Origin: Candidatus Nanohaloarchaea archaeon
GTDB taxonomy: Archaea; Nanohalarchaeota; Nanosalinia; Nanosalinales; Nanosalinaceae
Direction of reading: 5' to 3'
Length of the DNA: 64,000 bases
Assembly: GCA_013343275.1 (NCBI GenBank)
Contig: CP046106.1
Span: 1 to 64,000 of the forward strand
Part shown: in pieces, positions 18,912 through 27,903 of the stretch
Position numbering within the stretch: position 1 is the stretch's first letter
Layout: each line of letters opens with the position of its first letter
Made by a program: the position numbers and the translations under genes
Notes under the pieces: model-generated
Told to the model about the DNA's origin: nothing
The model's input: the letters and a program-made list of their open reading frames with translations, nothing else
Databases searched by the model: none

Positions 18912-21104
18912 TTATTCCTCTTCGAGTGTTGGCATTTCTTCCTTCATACCTTTTCTTTCTCTGATCTCCATGATCTTCTCTTCCTGTAGGTTCATTGGTA
19001 GTGGTTCGAAGACCATGTCCTTTGGATTGAAGAATCCTTTTCCGTTTGTTGCGGACTTGAGTGCGGCCTCGAATCCGAACATTTCTTCTACAGGGAGTTT
19101 ACATGTGAGCATGGTGGAGTCTCCTTCTTCCTCCATGTCCTGTACGTCTCCTCTTCTGTTGGAGACTTCTGTCATTGCGTCTCCCATCTTGTCTGTAGGT
19201 GTGTCGATTCTGAGGATTCTGACAGGTTCGATCAGTCTTGGTGAGGACTGCAGGAAGCCTCTTCTGAGCGCATCCTTTGTGGCCGGGATCATCTGTGATG
19301 GGCCTCTGTGGATTGCGTCTTCGTGCAGGCTTGCGTCGTGAAGGCTGACTTTCAGACCAATTACTGGTTCGTTAGCTAGTGGGCCTTCGTCTGTGAATTC
19401 GTGGAATGCGTCTACCAGGTATTCCTGGATTTCACGCAGGTTCTTGATACCTCTTGATTCGTTGATGAAGATGTTCTCTTCGTGGACGTCGATTACGCTG
19501 TCTGCTTCGTCTTTGTCCATTCCTGCTTCGATAAGTGCTTCCTTGATTTCGTGCTGTTCGTCGGCCTGCATCTTTACCTCTTCGTAGTCCTCTTTGAGGA
19601 ACTTTCTGACTGATTCGTCTAGAGGTTCTACTGAGATCTCCAGTTTGTTGTGCCGGTTTGGTGATTTTCCTTCGACTACCGGGCTCTCGTCCTCGATTCC
19701 TTCTCTGAATACTACGATCGGTTCGGATACGTTGATGTCGATGCCTTTTTCTTCAAGGTATCTTTCGATCTTGGCCTCGATGTGTAGTTCTCCGAGTCCG
19801 GAGACCAGTGTTTCTCCTGTTTCTTCGTCGATGTCGACCTTGATTGTGTTGTCTTCTTTCGCACGTTTTCTGAGTGCTTCGATCAGCTTTGGAAGGTCGG
19901 ATGTCTTCTTAGGTTCGATGGATTTTGTAACTACAGGTTCGAAGACGTGTTCGATCTGCTCGAATGGTGTGAGGTCTTCGGCTTCTCCCTTTCTTACGAA
20001 TGTTTCTCCTGTGGAGAAGTCTGGGCCTGTGATTGCTACAATGTTTCCGTTTGGAACGCTGTCAACTGTAAGCTTTCTTGGACCGGAGTAAATTCCGACC
20101 TGCTGTGCTCTTTCAGTCTTCTGGCTTCCAATTCCGTATAGTTCGTCTCCTTCTTTTACGGTTCCAGAGTAGATTCTTGCTGTGACGATTGTTCCTGCGT
20201 GTTCGTCGTCTTCTACGTTTGTGACGACTCCTACGAGATTTCCTTCTTCGTCGTGCTCCATCATGTCCTGGCCTACTTCGGATTCTACGTCGCCAGGCCA
20301 TACTGCTGGAATTCTCCATTCTGCTGCTTCCTGTGGGTTGACTAGGTGGTCTACTACCATGTCCAGTACGACTTCTTCGATCGGTGCGTCTGCTCGGAGG
20401 CCTTCGTGGTCTCCTTCGTTTACTCTGTCGATTACGTCGCCGAATGTGATTCCGGTTTCCTGCATGTAAGGCATGGAGATAGCCCAGTTCTTCAGTGCGG
20501 ATCCGAATGCTACTGTTCCGTCCTGTACGCTCATTTCCCATTCTTTGGCTGTTTCTTCGTCTGCGTACTTTCTGAGTGCTGCGTTTACTCCTCTGATGAT
20601 TTCTGTGAATCTTTCCTGCATCTCTTCAGGTGTGAGCTGCATCTCTTCGATCAGTCGGTCGACCTTGTTGATGAACAGTACCGGCTTGACGCCTTCTTTC
20701 AGTGCCTGTTCCATAACTGTCTCTGTCTGAGGCATTACGCCGTCGACTGCGTCGACGAGAACTACTACTCCGTCGACTGCACGCATGGCTCGTGTAACGT
20801 CTCCTCCGAAGTCAACGTGCCCTGGTGTGTCGATCAGGTTGATCAGGTAATCGTCGTCATTGTATTCGTGGACCATCGAGATGTTTGCAGAATAGATAGT
20901 AATACCTCTCTCTGCTTCCTGCTCGTCGAAGTCCATAAATCTCTGGTCTCCAGCCAGCTTATCAGATATCATGCCGGCTCGGGCCAGAAGGTTGTCTGTT
21001 AGTGTTGTTTTACCGTGGTCGATGTGTGCTGCGATAGCAATGTTCCTGATGTGCTCAGGATCATTAACTACCTCTTTAATTGCGTCAAGCTCTTTATCGG
21101 ACAT
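18912..21104 (-). CDS. fusA: Elongation factor 2
   Basis: AHIDHGKTT, DTPGHVDF, diphthamide loop HEDAIHRGP. Confidence 0.99.
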   Translation of the reverse strand: MSDKELDAIKEVVNDPEHIRNIAIAAHIDHGKTTLTDNLLARAGMISDKLAGDQRFMDFDEQEAERGITIYSANISMVHEYNDDDYLINLIDTPGHVDFGGDVTRAMRAVDGVVVLVDAVDGVMPQTETVMEQALKEGVKPVLFINKVDRLIEEMQLTPEEMQERFTEIIRGVNAALRKYADEETAKEWEMSVQDGTVAFGSALKNWAISMPYMQETGITFGDVIDRVNEGDHEGLRADAPIEEVVLDMVVDHLVNPQEAAEWRIPAVWPGDVESEVGQDMMEHDEEGNLVGVVTNVEDDEHAGTIVTARIYSGTVKEGDELYGIGSQKTERAQQVGIYSGPRKLTVDSVPNGNIVAITGPDFSTGETFVRKGEAEDLTPFEQIEHVFEPVVTKSIEPKKTSDLPKLIEALRKRAKEDNTIKVDIDEETGETLVSGLGELHIEAKIERYLEEKGIDINVSEPIVVFREGIEDESPVVEGKSPNRHNKLEISVEPLDESVRKFLKEDYEEVKMQADEQHEIKEALIEAGMDKDEADSVIDVHEENIFINESRGIKNLREIQEYLVDAFHEFTDEGPLANEPVIGLKVSLHDASLHEDAIHRGPSQMIPATKDALRRGFLQSSPRLIEPVRILRIDTPTDKMGDAMTEVSNRRGDVQDMEEEGDSTMLTCKLPVEEMFGFEAALKSATNGKGFFNPKDMVFEPLPMNLQEEKIMEIRERKGMKEEMPTLEEE

Positions 21105-21209
21105 ATTTCAATTTTCACCGTTGATTATAGTAGAGAAAGCACTTGCAATTTTTAAAAATGGATCGAGAAACACAGCAGATTTAACGCCTCAGCAGAAATA
21201 ATTCTCAAC

Positions 21210-21842
21210 ATGAAGTACGATGCAGTAATCTTCGACCTTGACGGAACGCTACTACAGTCAACATCCGAAGATCTCTCCTGGCTTGAGAGAGCAGTGGAAA
21301 GAGCACTGGAGAAACAAGGCCTCCAGACACCGGATTCGCGACTGATGGAGCTTTCTGGTATCAGAGGCTCGGAGAAGTTTACTGAGGCCTGTCGCAAAGT
21401 TGGTGCGGAGCCTGAAAATTTGTGGCCTGTGGTAGAAGGTGAGAGGATGGAAGGCAAGAAAGAACTGATAGAGTCCGGCCGGTTAGAACTGAAGGACGGC
21501 GCTGAGGAACTTCTCAGGTTTCTCCATAATCAAGATATCAGGGCCTCGGTTATTAGCAACTCTCCTGATCTAACTGTAGAGATGGTGGTCGAAGAGTTCG
21601 ATCTGAAGTCCTACCTGCATTACTACAGGGGTATCACTACTTTTGAGGACCTCGCACATAGAAAGCCTGACCCTGTACATATTGATTATGCTTTAGCCGA
21701 ACTTCACTGCAGTAACCCGGTCTATGTTGGAGACTCTGAAAGTGATGAAGAGGCCTCTATCAGGGAAGGCATAGATGATTTGATTCTTGGCAAGGATATA
21801 GACGGTCTTTCACAGGTTAAGGCCCTAGATAGGTTAGAATGA
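21210..21842 (+). CDS. HAD-superfamily hydrolase
   Basis: FDLDGTL, KPDP, VGDSESD. Confidence 0.92.
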   Translation: MKYDAVIFDLDGTLLQSTSEDLSWLERAVERALEKQGLQTPDSRLMELSGIRGSEKFTEACRKVGAEPENLWPVVEGERMEGKKELIESGRLELKDGAEELLRFLHNQDIRASVISNSPDLTVEMVVEEFDLKSYLHYYRGITTFEDLAHRKPDPVHIDYALAELHCSNPVYVGDSESDEEASIREGIDDLILGKDIDGLSQVKALDRLE

Positions 21843-22134
21843 AGTAGAGCGCTGCTATGATAAGGAACGGAATGGTAATGTACTGCAGTATGCCTATTTC
21901 ACCCTCTCCTAAGTCGGTGTCTATCTTCTCCTGTTTTACAGGTTCAAATTCGATGTCTTCCAGTTCTTCCTCCTGTTTTTCTGGATCTCCGGACGGCATA
22001 GGCCCTCGGTAGTCGCATTCGTTACATTTCCACTTGTTCAGGTTGGCTATCAGTTCACCTAGCTGATTGGTGTGGCTGGTGTCGAACTCGACGTTGGTCG
22101 ATCCGCAGTTGGGACAGAATCGCTTGTTAGGCAC
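21817..22134 (-). CDS. Zn-ribbon protein with C-terminal TM
   Basis: CPNCGS...CNEC; hydrophobic C-terminus. Confidence 0.75.
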   Translation of the reverse strand: MPNKRFCPNCGSTNVEFDTSHTNQLGELIANLNKWKCNECDYRGPMPSGDPEKQEEELEDIEFEPVKQEKIDTDLGEGEIGILQYITIPFLIIAALYFILTYLGP

Positions 22135-22233
22135 TATCGAAAATTTAGTTTTCAAACGTTAAATTTGGAAGGAAGAAGTTGTCAAAAGTAATAGGGAAGA
22201 AGTGAAAAGTGGGTTGGAAGAGAAAAGAGGGGC

Positions 22234-22860
22234 TTATCGGGCGCCTTCTGCTTCTCTTTCTCTTCTTTCTTTTTCTCTGACTGCTCTGACGTCGTCGTCT
22301 CCGTTTGCTGCGCCGATGATTTCCTGGGCGAGTGTTTCGACGGCGTCTTCTGAGGATGCGAGTCTTTTCTCGTATGATCCCTGTGAGAGAAGTCTTAGGG
22401 CCATGTCTACTCTTCTCTGCGGTGAGACGAGTACTGCTTTTCTGGCTCGTACTCCTCCTCTCTGGTATGTGACTACTTCTTCTACTGGTGCGGAGTTCTC
22501 GATTGCGTCGACTAGAATCTGGAATGGGTTCTCTCCGGTTTCTTCTTCGATTATTTCGAAGGCGTCTTCGATTATGTTCCAGAGTTTTTCGCTCTTTCCG
22601 ACGTTAATGCCGGAAGTAATGTAGTGCTTGTTGGATCTGTGTCCTGCAACGTAGAGGTGGTTGAGAAGTCTTTCAGCGATAGGTACGTCGGCCTTGTAGA
22701 ACTGTTTCTCGCTGTGTCTTCCTTTAGATCGTGGTGCGAGAATGTTTTCCAGGCTGATGTATCTTACGAGGCCTTCGTCTGAGATTTCTGCTTCGGATGC
22801 GTCCCATCGTCCGAACATCTTTATTTCGTCGTCTAGGTCTAGTGTTGCTGCGTCTGTCAT
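22234..22860 (-). CDS. rps7: 30S ribosomal protein S7
   Basis: AIENSAPVEE, SPQRRVDMALR. Confidence 0.97.
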   Translation of the reverse strand: MTDAATLDLDDEIKMFGRWDASEAEISDEGLVRYISLENILAPRSKGRHSEKQFYKADVPIAERLLNHLYVAGHRSNKHYITSGINVGKSEKLWNIIEDAFEIIEEETGENPFQILVDAIENSAPVEEVVTYQRGGVRARKAVLVSPQRRVDMALRLLSQGSYEKRLASSEDAVETLAQEIIGAANGDDDVRAVREKERREREAEGAR

Positions 22861-22862
22861 GA

Positions 22863-22919
22863 TCAAAATTCACCTGTGGTGAATTTTCGTGATTCCATAA
22901 AATCTTTGATTTTAGTCAT
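22863..22919 (-). repeat. Double-hairpin intergenic element / 18-aa mini-ORF (copy C)
   Basis: TAAAATC-AAA-GATTTTA plus AAAATTCACC-ACA-GGTGAATTTT; ATG..TGA 57 nt. Confidence 0.75.
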
Positions 22920-22923
22920 TTTA

Positions 22924-23346
22924 TCACCGTGTTGGTTTCTGCTTGTTTCCTGCGACGAGTTCTTCTAGGCTTACGCCGTTTACCTTGATTACTTTGTATC
23001 GTACTGTTGGAATGTCTCCCTTAGGCCCGGAGTCTGCTCCACCGATACCTTCAATCAGTACTTCGTCGTGCTCGTCGATGTGATCGATCGCTCCGTCTCC
23101 TGGAACGAAAGCTGTCAACTGTTTTCCGTTTTTAAGTAGCTGTACACGGACACATTTACGTAGTGCGGAGTTAGGCTGCTTTGCCTCGATAATACGTTTT
23201 TCTAGTACAATTCCTCTTCCCTGAGGTGAACCCTCTAGAGGGTCGGCCTGTTCCTTCAGGTTAAGCATTCTTCTCTTGTAATCTTTATCGCTCCAGCGGT
23301 ACTGCTGTCTCTTTTTCCGCATCTTCCGTGCGTTGTATAAACCCAT
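22924..23346 (-). CDS. rps12: 30S ribosomal protein S12
   Basis: [24 protein letters not shown]. Confidence 0.98.
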   Translation of the reverse strand: MGLYNARKMRKKRQQYRWSDKDYKRRMLNLKEQADPLEGSPQGRGIVLEKRIIEAKQPNSALRKCVRVQLLKNGKQLTAFVPGDGAIDHIDEHDEVLIEGIGGADSGPKGDIPTVRYKVIKVNGVSLEELVAGNKQKPTR

Positions 23347-23428
23347 ATCCTATATCCCGGCACTAAACTTTTTATACCGTAGGCAAAAAGGGAGGTGGAT
23401 TTAGTCTCGCACAGGAGTAAAAGGCGAG

Positions 23429-24988
23429 TTATTTATTGGTGTGGAACAGGTATGCTGCAAATAACATTTCTAGTGCACCGAGCGCTATCAGCTCTTTCCG
23501 GCCCTGTGTAAGGAGGAATGCGGAGGATATGATGAGGCCTGCTTCAAGTGTTCTGCTGTCGTTCTGCTGGTTCTCTACATGTACTTCTGTTTCTTTCTGT
23601 TCTGTGAGTTCGTTCAGTTTGGACGGTAGTTCTGTTATCAGATCCCGGTTCTCTACTATGTCAAGTGATAGTTCCTCCATCAGTTTCTCCGGCTGGAAGT
23701 CATCTCGCAAGATCTGCTTGATCGTGTCCCTGAACTCGTCGTTTATCTCGTACTCAGGAGCTACTGCCATACCGATCCCTTCCATTGTTACCATGCTCTT
23801 ACCCATTAGGACGAGTGACTGCGGCATGATGACTCCGTGACGGGAGGCCTGTATGGTCATATCCAGGAACTGTCCTGTGAAGCTGACTTCTTCCAGGTTG
23901 GCGTTCTGGATCAACAGTATTTTCTCCTCAAGTTCGGCCTTCAGTGCTTCTTCATCGGCGTCGTCCTGTACATGTCCCATCCGTTTCAGATCTTCGAAGG
24001 CCTTGTCTACATCCTCTCTGAGAGAATGCAGTATCATCAGAGCCATGTTTTCTCTAGTGTCCTTGCTGAGGTTGCCCATCATCCCGAAGTCGATCATGAT
24101 GAGTGTGCCGTCTTCCCGCACCAGGAAGTTTGAAGGGTGAGGATCTGCATGGAAGAAGCCATCTCTCAGTATCTGCTTGAGGCTTGAACGGATGGCTGTG
24201 CCAGCAAGTTTCTCGTTATCGATTTCCATGTTCTTCAGGGCCTCGGTGTCGCTGCTCTTCACTCCGTCAACATACTCCATTACCATGGCTTTCTCCGTCG
24301 TCATCTCTGTGTATATATCAGGTATCTTGATATTGTCCTCATCGGAGAGGTTCTCTGCAAGCAGTTCGCCGTTGCGGGCCTCTTTCTTTAAGTTAAGCTC
24401 CTGACGTGTCCATCTTGAGAACTCTTTGACGGCTCTAAGAAGCTGGATGTCTTCCAGGAAACTTGAGTTTTTCACTCCTCTGTGCGCCAGGAACTCCAGT
24501 ATCTCCAGATCTCTGCTTACCTCTTCCTTTATACCAGGTCTACGTATCTTTACAACTACATCGCTACCATCTTCCAGAGTGGCCCTGTGAACCTGTGCAA
24601 TTGATGCTGCTGCAATATGTTCCTCTTCAAAGTTCTCGAACTTTTCCAGTCCTATCTCCTCGTCAACTATTTCCCTGGCTTTCTCGGAGTCGAATCCCGG
24701 CACATCGTCCTGAAGTTTCTGAAGTTCTTCTGTATATTCCTCGGGAACTATGTCAGGCCTTTCTGCCATGATCTGTCCGAACTTGATGAATGTAGGACCT
24801 AGCTGTTCGAATGTTTCACGCAGTCTTTCCGGTGGAGGAACTTTTTTCCGTGAGAATTTCTTTGTTATAGGTACTCTGTCAAGCATGTCTATTTCGTCCA
24901 GAAATATACCTAGGCCTTGTTCCGCCATTATGGTTATTATTTCGTCGAATCTTTCGACGTCTTCCACCTTGTTTTCTAGAAGGCCCAT
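23429..24988 (-). CDS. AarF/ABC1/UbiB kinase family protein
   Basis: LGPTFIKFGQ, AASIAQVH, FFHADPHPSN, IDFGM. Confidence 0.95.
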   Translation of the reverse strand: MGLLENKVEDVERFDEIITIMAEQGLGIFLDEIDMLDRVPITKKFSRKKVPPPERLRETFEQLGPTFIKFGQIMAERPDIVPEEYTEELQKLQDDVPGFDSEKAREIVDEEIGLEKFENFEEEHIAAASIAQVHRATLEDGSDVVVKIRRPGIKEEVSRDLEILEFLAHRGVKNSSFLEDIQLLRAVKEFSRWTRQELNLKKEARNGELLAENLSDEDNIKIPDIYTEMTTEKAMVMEYVDGVKSSDTEALKNMEIDNEKLAGTAIRSSLKQILRDGFFHADPHPSNFLVREDGTLIMIDFGMMGNLSKDTRENMALMILHSLREDVDKAFEDLKRMGHVQDDADEEALKAELEEKILLIQNANLEEVSFTGQFLDMTIQASRHGVIMPQSLVLMGKSMVTMEGIGMAVAPEYEINDEFRDTIKQILRDDFQPEKLMEELSLDIVENRDLITELPSKLNELTEQKETEVHVENQQNDSRTLEAGLIISSAFLLTQGRKELIALGALEMLFAAYLFHTNK

Positions 24989-25023
24989 ACTTCCTGTTTG
25001 TTTAACTGGGTAAAAAAGATACG

Positions 25024-26118
25024 TTATTCTGGCTGGAATGCTACTTTTTCCGAGCCTGTGAAGTTCCAGATGAATCCTCCTATGATGGCGAGAAGGTTGG
25101 ACAGTAGTTCTGGCTGGCCTAGCATTCCTATCGTCAGGAAGAGTATGGCTTGGTATATCAGGAATCCTCCTATGCTGACTGAGTTAAACTTGAGGTATTT
25201 CTCTTTGATGTTGTCCGAGGGCTTGTTGAATGTGACAAGCCAGTTCCAGAAAAAGTTCCACTGTACTGCGCCTGCGAATGCAAGTGTCCCTGAAAGCAGG
25301 TAGTGCAGGCCTTGTGACTGTGTTGATGCGAATATCGCCATGTTAATCAGTGTTCCGGAGGCTCCGACTGCTGCGAACTCTCCGAACCTTATGGCCTTTC
25401 GCGGGTCCACGTATCTGTCTATGTCGTGGTGCTTGAGCCGGCATTCTGCTGCGTGTTCCAGGAACTTGATGTAGTGCTGTAGGCCTAGTTTGCTTTCTCC
25501 TTTCTCTCTTTCCTCGAATCTGTAGCCTACCTCCTCTACTTTTTCTGGTCTTACCTGTGCTAGGACTTCGAGAAGTATCTTGTATCCGTGTGGTGATAGT
25601 TTTTCTGGTTGCAGCCTGTCTTTTTTGACTGCGAAGAACCCGCTGACAGGGTCGGAGGATTTGCGGGCCTCCGGCACTATTATCTTGGATAGACGTATTG
25701 CACCTTTGCTGACTGTTCTGCGGAACTTGGTCCATCCGTTGATCCCGCCCTCATCCTGGTAACGTGTTCCTACTGCTACTGGTGATTTATCTGTAACTTT
25801 TTCTGCTAGCTGAGGGACTTTTTCCGGTGGGTGCTGCAGGTCGGCATCCATGACAACTATTTTCTCTCCCTGGGCCTGTCTAAATCCCTCTACCACGCTT
25901 TTGGCGAGTCCTGGATCTGTCTCTCGTAGAATTGCCTTTACGTTTCTATCTGTTTCGTTCTGGATCCGCTGGGCCTCCTGGTATGTTCCGTCTGGGCTGT
26001 TATCATCGACTACGAGTATTTCGTGGTCGAGTTCTGTGAGGGCCTTTGAAAGTCGCTGTGTGAGCTCTTCGAGGTTCTCTTTCTCGTTGTAGGTTGGTAT
26101 TACTACTGTTAGATCTAT
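25024..26118 (-). CDS. GT2 polyprenol-phosphate glycosyltransferase (Dpm1-like) fused to GtrA domain; apparent ATA start
   Basis: IDLTVVIPTYNE..VVDDNSPDGT in frame upstream of the track start; MDADLQHPP; C-terminal 4-TM GtrA. Confidence 0.9.
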   Translation of the reverse strand: MDLTVVIPTYNEKENLEELTQRLSKALTELDHEILVVDDNSPDGTYQEAQRIQNETDRNVKAILRETDPGLAKSVVEGFRQAQGEKIVVMDADLQHPPEKVPQLAEKVTDKSPVAVGTRYQDEGGINGWTKFRRTVSKGAIRLSKIIVPEARKSSDPVSGFFAVKKDRLQPEKLSPHGYKILLEVLAQVRPEKVEEVGYRFEEREKGESKLGLQHYIKFLEHAAECRLKHHDIDRYVDPRKAIRFGEFAAVGASGTLINMAIFASTQSQGLHYLLSGTLAFAGAVQWNFFWNWLVTFNKPSDNIKEKYLKFNSVSIGGFLIYQAILFLTIGMLGQPELLSNLLAIIGGFIWNFTGSEKVAFQPE

Positions 26119-26211
26119 CTTGGCCCACCTAGAATTGTTTGGGAAATAGCTGGATTTAAGCCTGTTTCCCGGAGGAAGTTCTGTAGAGTGTCAGAAGTAG
26201 AGTTTATGTGG

Positions 26212-26634
26212 TTATACTACTTTGACTTCGTCGACTCCGTGAGTTCTTGCTAGAATCTCTCTGATGGAGTCGATCTTCTGGCCGTCCTTTCCTACTACTC
26301 GGCCTTTCTTGTCGTTAGGTACGTCGATCTCTACTGTTTTCTGTCCGTCCTCTTCCTTGATGTCTACTCCTCTGAGGTCGGTTGGAACCAGGTTGTTGAT
26401 GAACTTGCCTAGGTTGTCGCTGTATTCGTAAATTTTGATTTCTTTCCCTAGCTGGTTCTGTACCTTCTGAACTACTTTTCCTCCTTTTCCGATAGCCATC
26501 CCTGCTTTGCCTTCTGGTACGACAAAGTAGGCTTCATCCTCTTTGATAATTGCGTGACGTGCTTCTACGTCGGTGATTGATTCAAAGAGGTTTATCGTGC
26601 GGATCATTTCTGTGTCGTAAGTTGCTGTAGCCAT
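26212..26634 (-). CDS. nusA: Archaeal NusA (KH domains)
   Basis: GMAIGKGG, GRVVGKDG; downstream of rpoA2. Confidence 0.95.
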   Translation of the reverse strand: MATATYDTEMIRTINLFESITDVEARHAIIKEDEAYFVVPEGKAGMAIGKGGKVVQKVQNQLGKEIKIYEYSDNLGKFINNLVPTDLRGVDIKEEDGQKTVEIDVPNDKKGRVVGKDGQKIDSIREILARTHGVDEVKVV

Positions 26635-26725
26635 ATTATCTCCTTAGAAAAATGTTTTGTCGTGATGTCTGTAGTAATTAAAACAATCCTAGTTTTTATA
26701 AAGGGAATGGAGTTTGAGGGGAGTT

Positions 26726-26776
26726 AGAAAACACAATCCTGTGTTTTCTGCTACTCCGAAAATCTTCGATTTTCAT
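26726..26776 (-). repeat. Double-hairpin intergenic element (copy D)
   Basis: GAAAATC-GAA-GATTTTC plus AGAAAACACA-GGAT-TGTGTTTTCT; begins with ATG. Confidence 0.7.
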
Positions 26777-26779
26777 CGT

Positions 26780-27898
26780 TTATTCCTCGTCTTCTCCGAA
26801 TCCTGGTTTGAGGTCTACGGTGCCTGTACCGACTGGTACTGGCTGACCTACTATCAGGTTTTCGACGACTCCTTCAAGCTCGTCGGTTTCTCCTGCAAGT
26901 GTTCCTTCACGCAGGTGTTTCTTGGTTTCCTCGAATACTGAACGTGCGAGGATTGAGTCCTTGTCTCCGACGATTCCGTAACGTGTGGTTCCTTTGAGGT
27001 CGCCCTTACGTGTCATCATATCTGCGAGCAGCATGATGTGGCGGTCGTCGACTCCGATACCCTGTGCGGAAAGTGTCTGGTTGGTTTCCTCGATAATACG
27101 GTATCTGAGGGCCTCGACTCCGAGAACTCTCAGTACTTCCCAGAGGTCGTTACTGATGGTTCGTGTTTCATCTACTTCCTTGATCTTCAGGGTTTTACGC
27201 AGTGCTGTGCCTGCTGTCTGCAGCTGCCATTCTCCGTCTTCCTCATTGATAACAACCTGTTCAACACCTTTGATTCCCTTGATACGGGCCTCTTCTGTAT
27301 CGTTCTTCAGGTCTTTGACGTCTCTGAGGTCGTAGTCGTCTTCCGTGGATTCGAGGACAAGCGTTCCGTCTTCGTAGGTTACTTTGGCCTTCTTTACTGA
27401 TTCTTTGATTCTTGACTTGACGTCGTCTCTGTCTACGTCGTAGTCTTCGAGTAGTGCTTCGTTCAGCTCGTATTCGACACGTAGCTGCATGATGTCGATT
27501 GTGTCCTGTTTCACCAGGTCGTCGAATGTTATTTCACGAAGTTTACGTGCTACACGTTTTGCGTCTTCCTCGTTGTTGTAGTCTTCATGGAGGTAGACGT
27601 TCATGGATGGTGTGTCAGGTTCTCTTCTTGCGTCTACGATCTCGATCAGACGTGGAAGTCCTGCTGTCAGGTTAACCTGTGCTCCTCCTGCCTGGTGGTA
27701 TGTCTCCATAGTCAGCTGTGTTGCTGGCTCGGAGAGTGACTGTGCAGCTACGATACCGATGGCTTCACCGGGTTCGTACTGCATGTTCTCGTAGCGTTCC
27801 TTGATTTTCTCGTGTTCTTCGTCGGTGAGCTCTGTAGATTTCAGTCTTGGTGGGAGCTCTTTTGCTCTTTCTTTCCAGTTAAGTTCTTGTTCGCTCAT
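26780..27898 (-). CDS. rpoA2: RNA polymerase subunit A''
   Basis: PGEAIGIVAAQSLSEPATQ, GLPRLIEI. Confidence 0.98.
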   Translation of the reverse strand: MSEQELNWKERAKELPPRLKSTELTDEEHEKIKERYENMQYEPGEAIGIVAAQSLSEPATQLTMETYHQAGGAQVNLTAGLPRLIEIVDARREPDTPSMNVYLHEDYNNEEDAKRVARKLREITFDDLVKQDTIDIMQLRVEYELNEALLEDYDVDRDDVKSRIKESVKKAKVTYEDGTLVLESTEDDYDLRDVKDLKNDTEEARIKGIKGVEQVVINEEDGEWQLQTAGTALRKTLKIKEVDETRTISNDLWEVLRVLGVEALRYRIIEETNQTLSAQGIGVDDRHIMLLADMMTRKGDLKGTTRYGIVGDKDSILARSVFEETKKHLREGTLAGETDELEGVVENLIVGQPVPVGTGTVDLKPGFGEDEE

Positions 27899-27903
27899 CT
27901 TGA

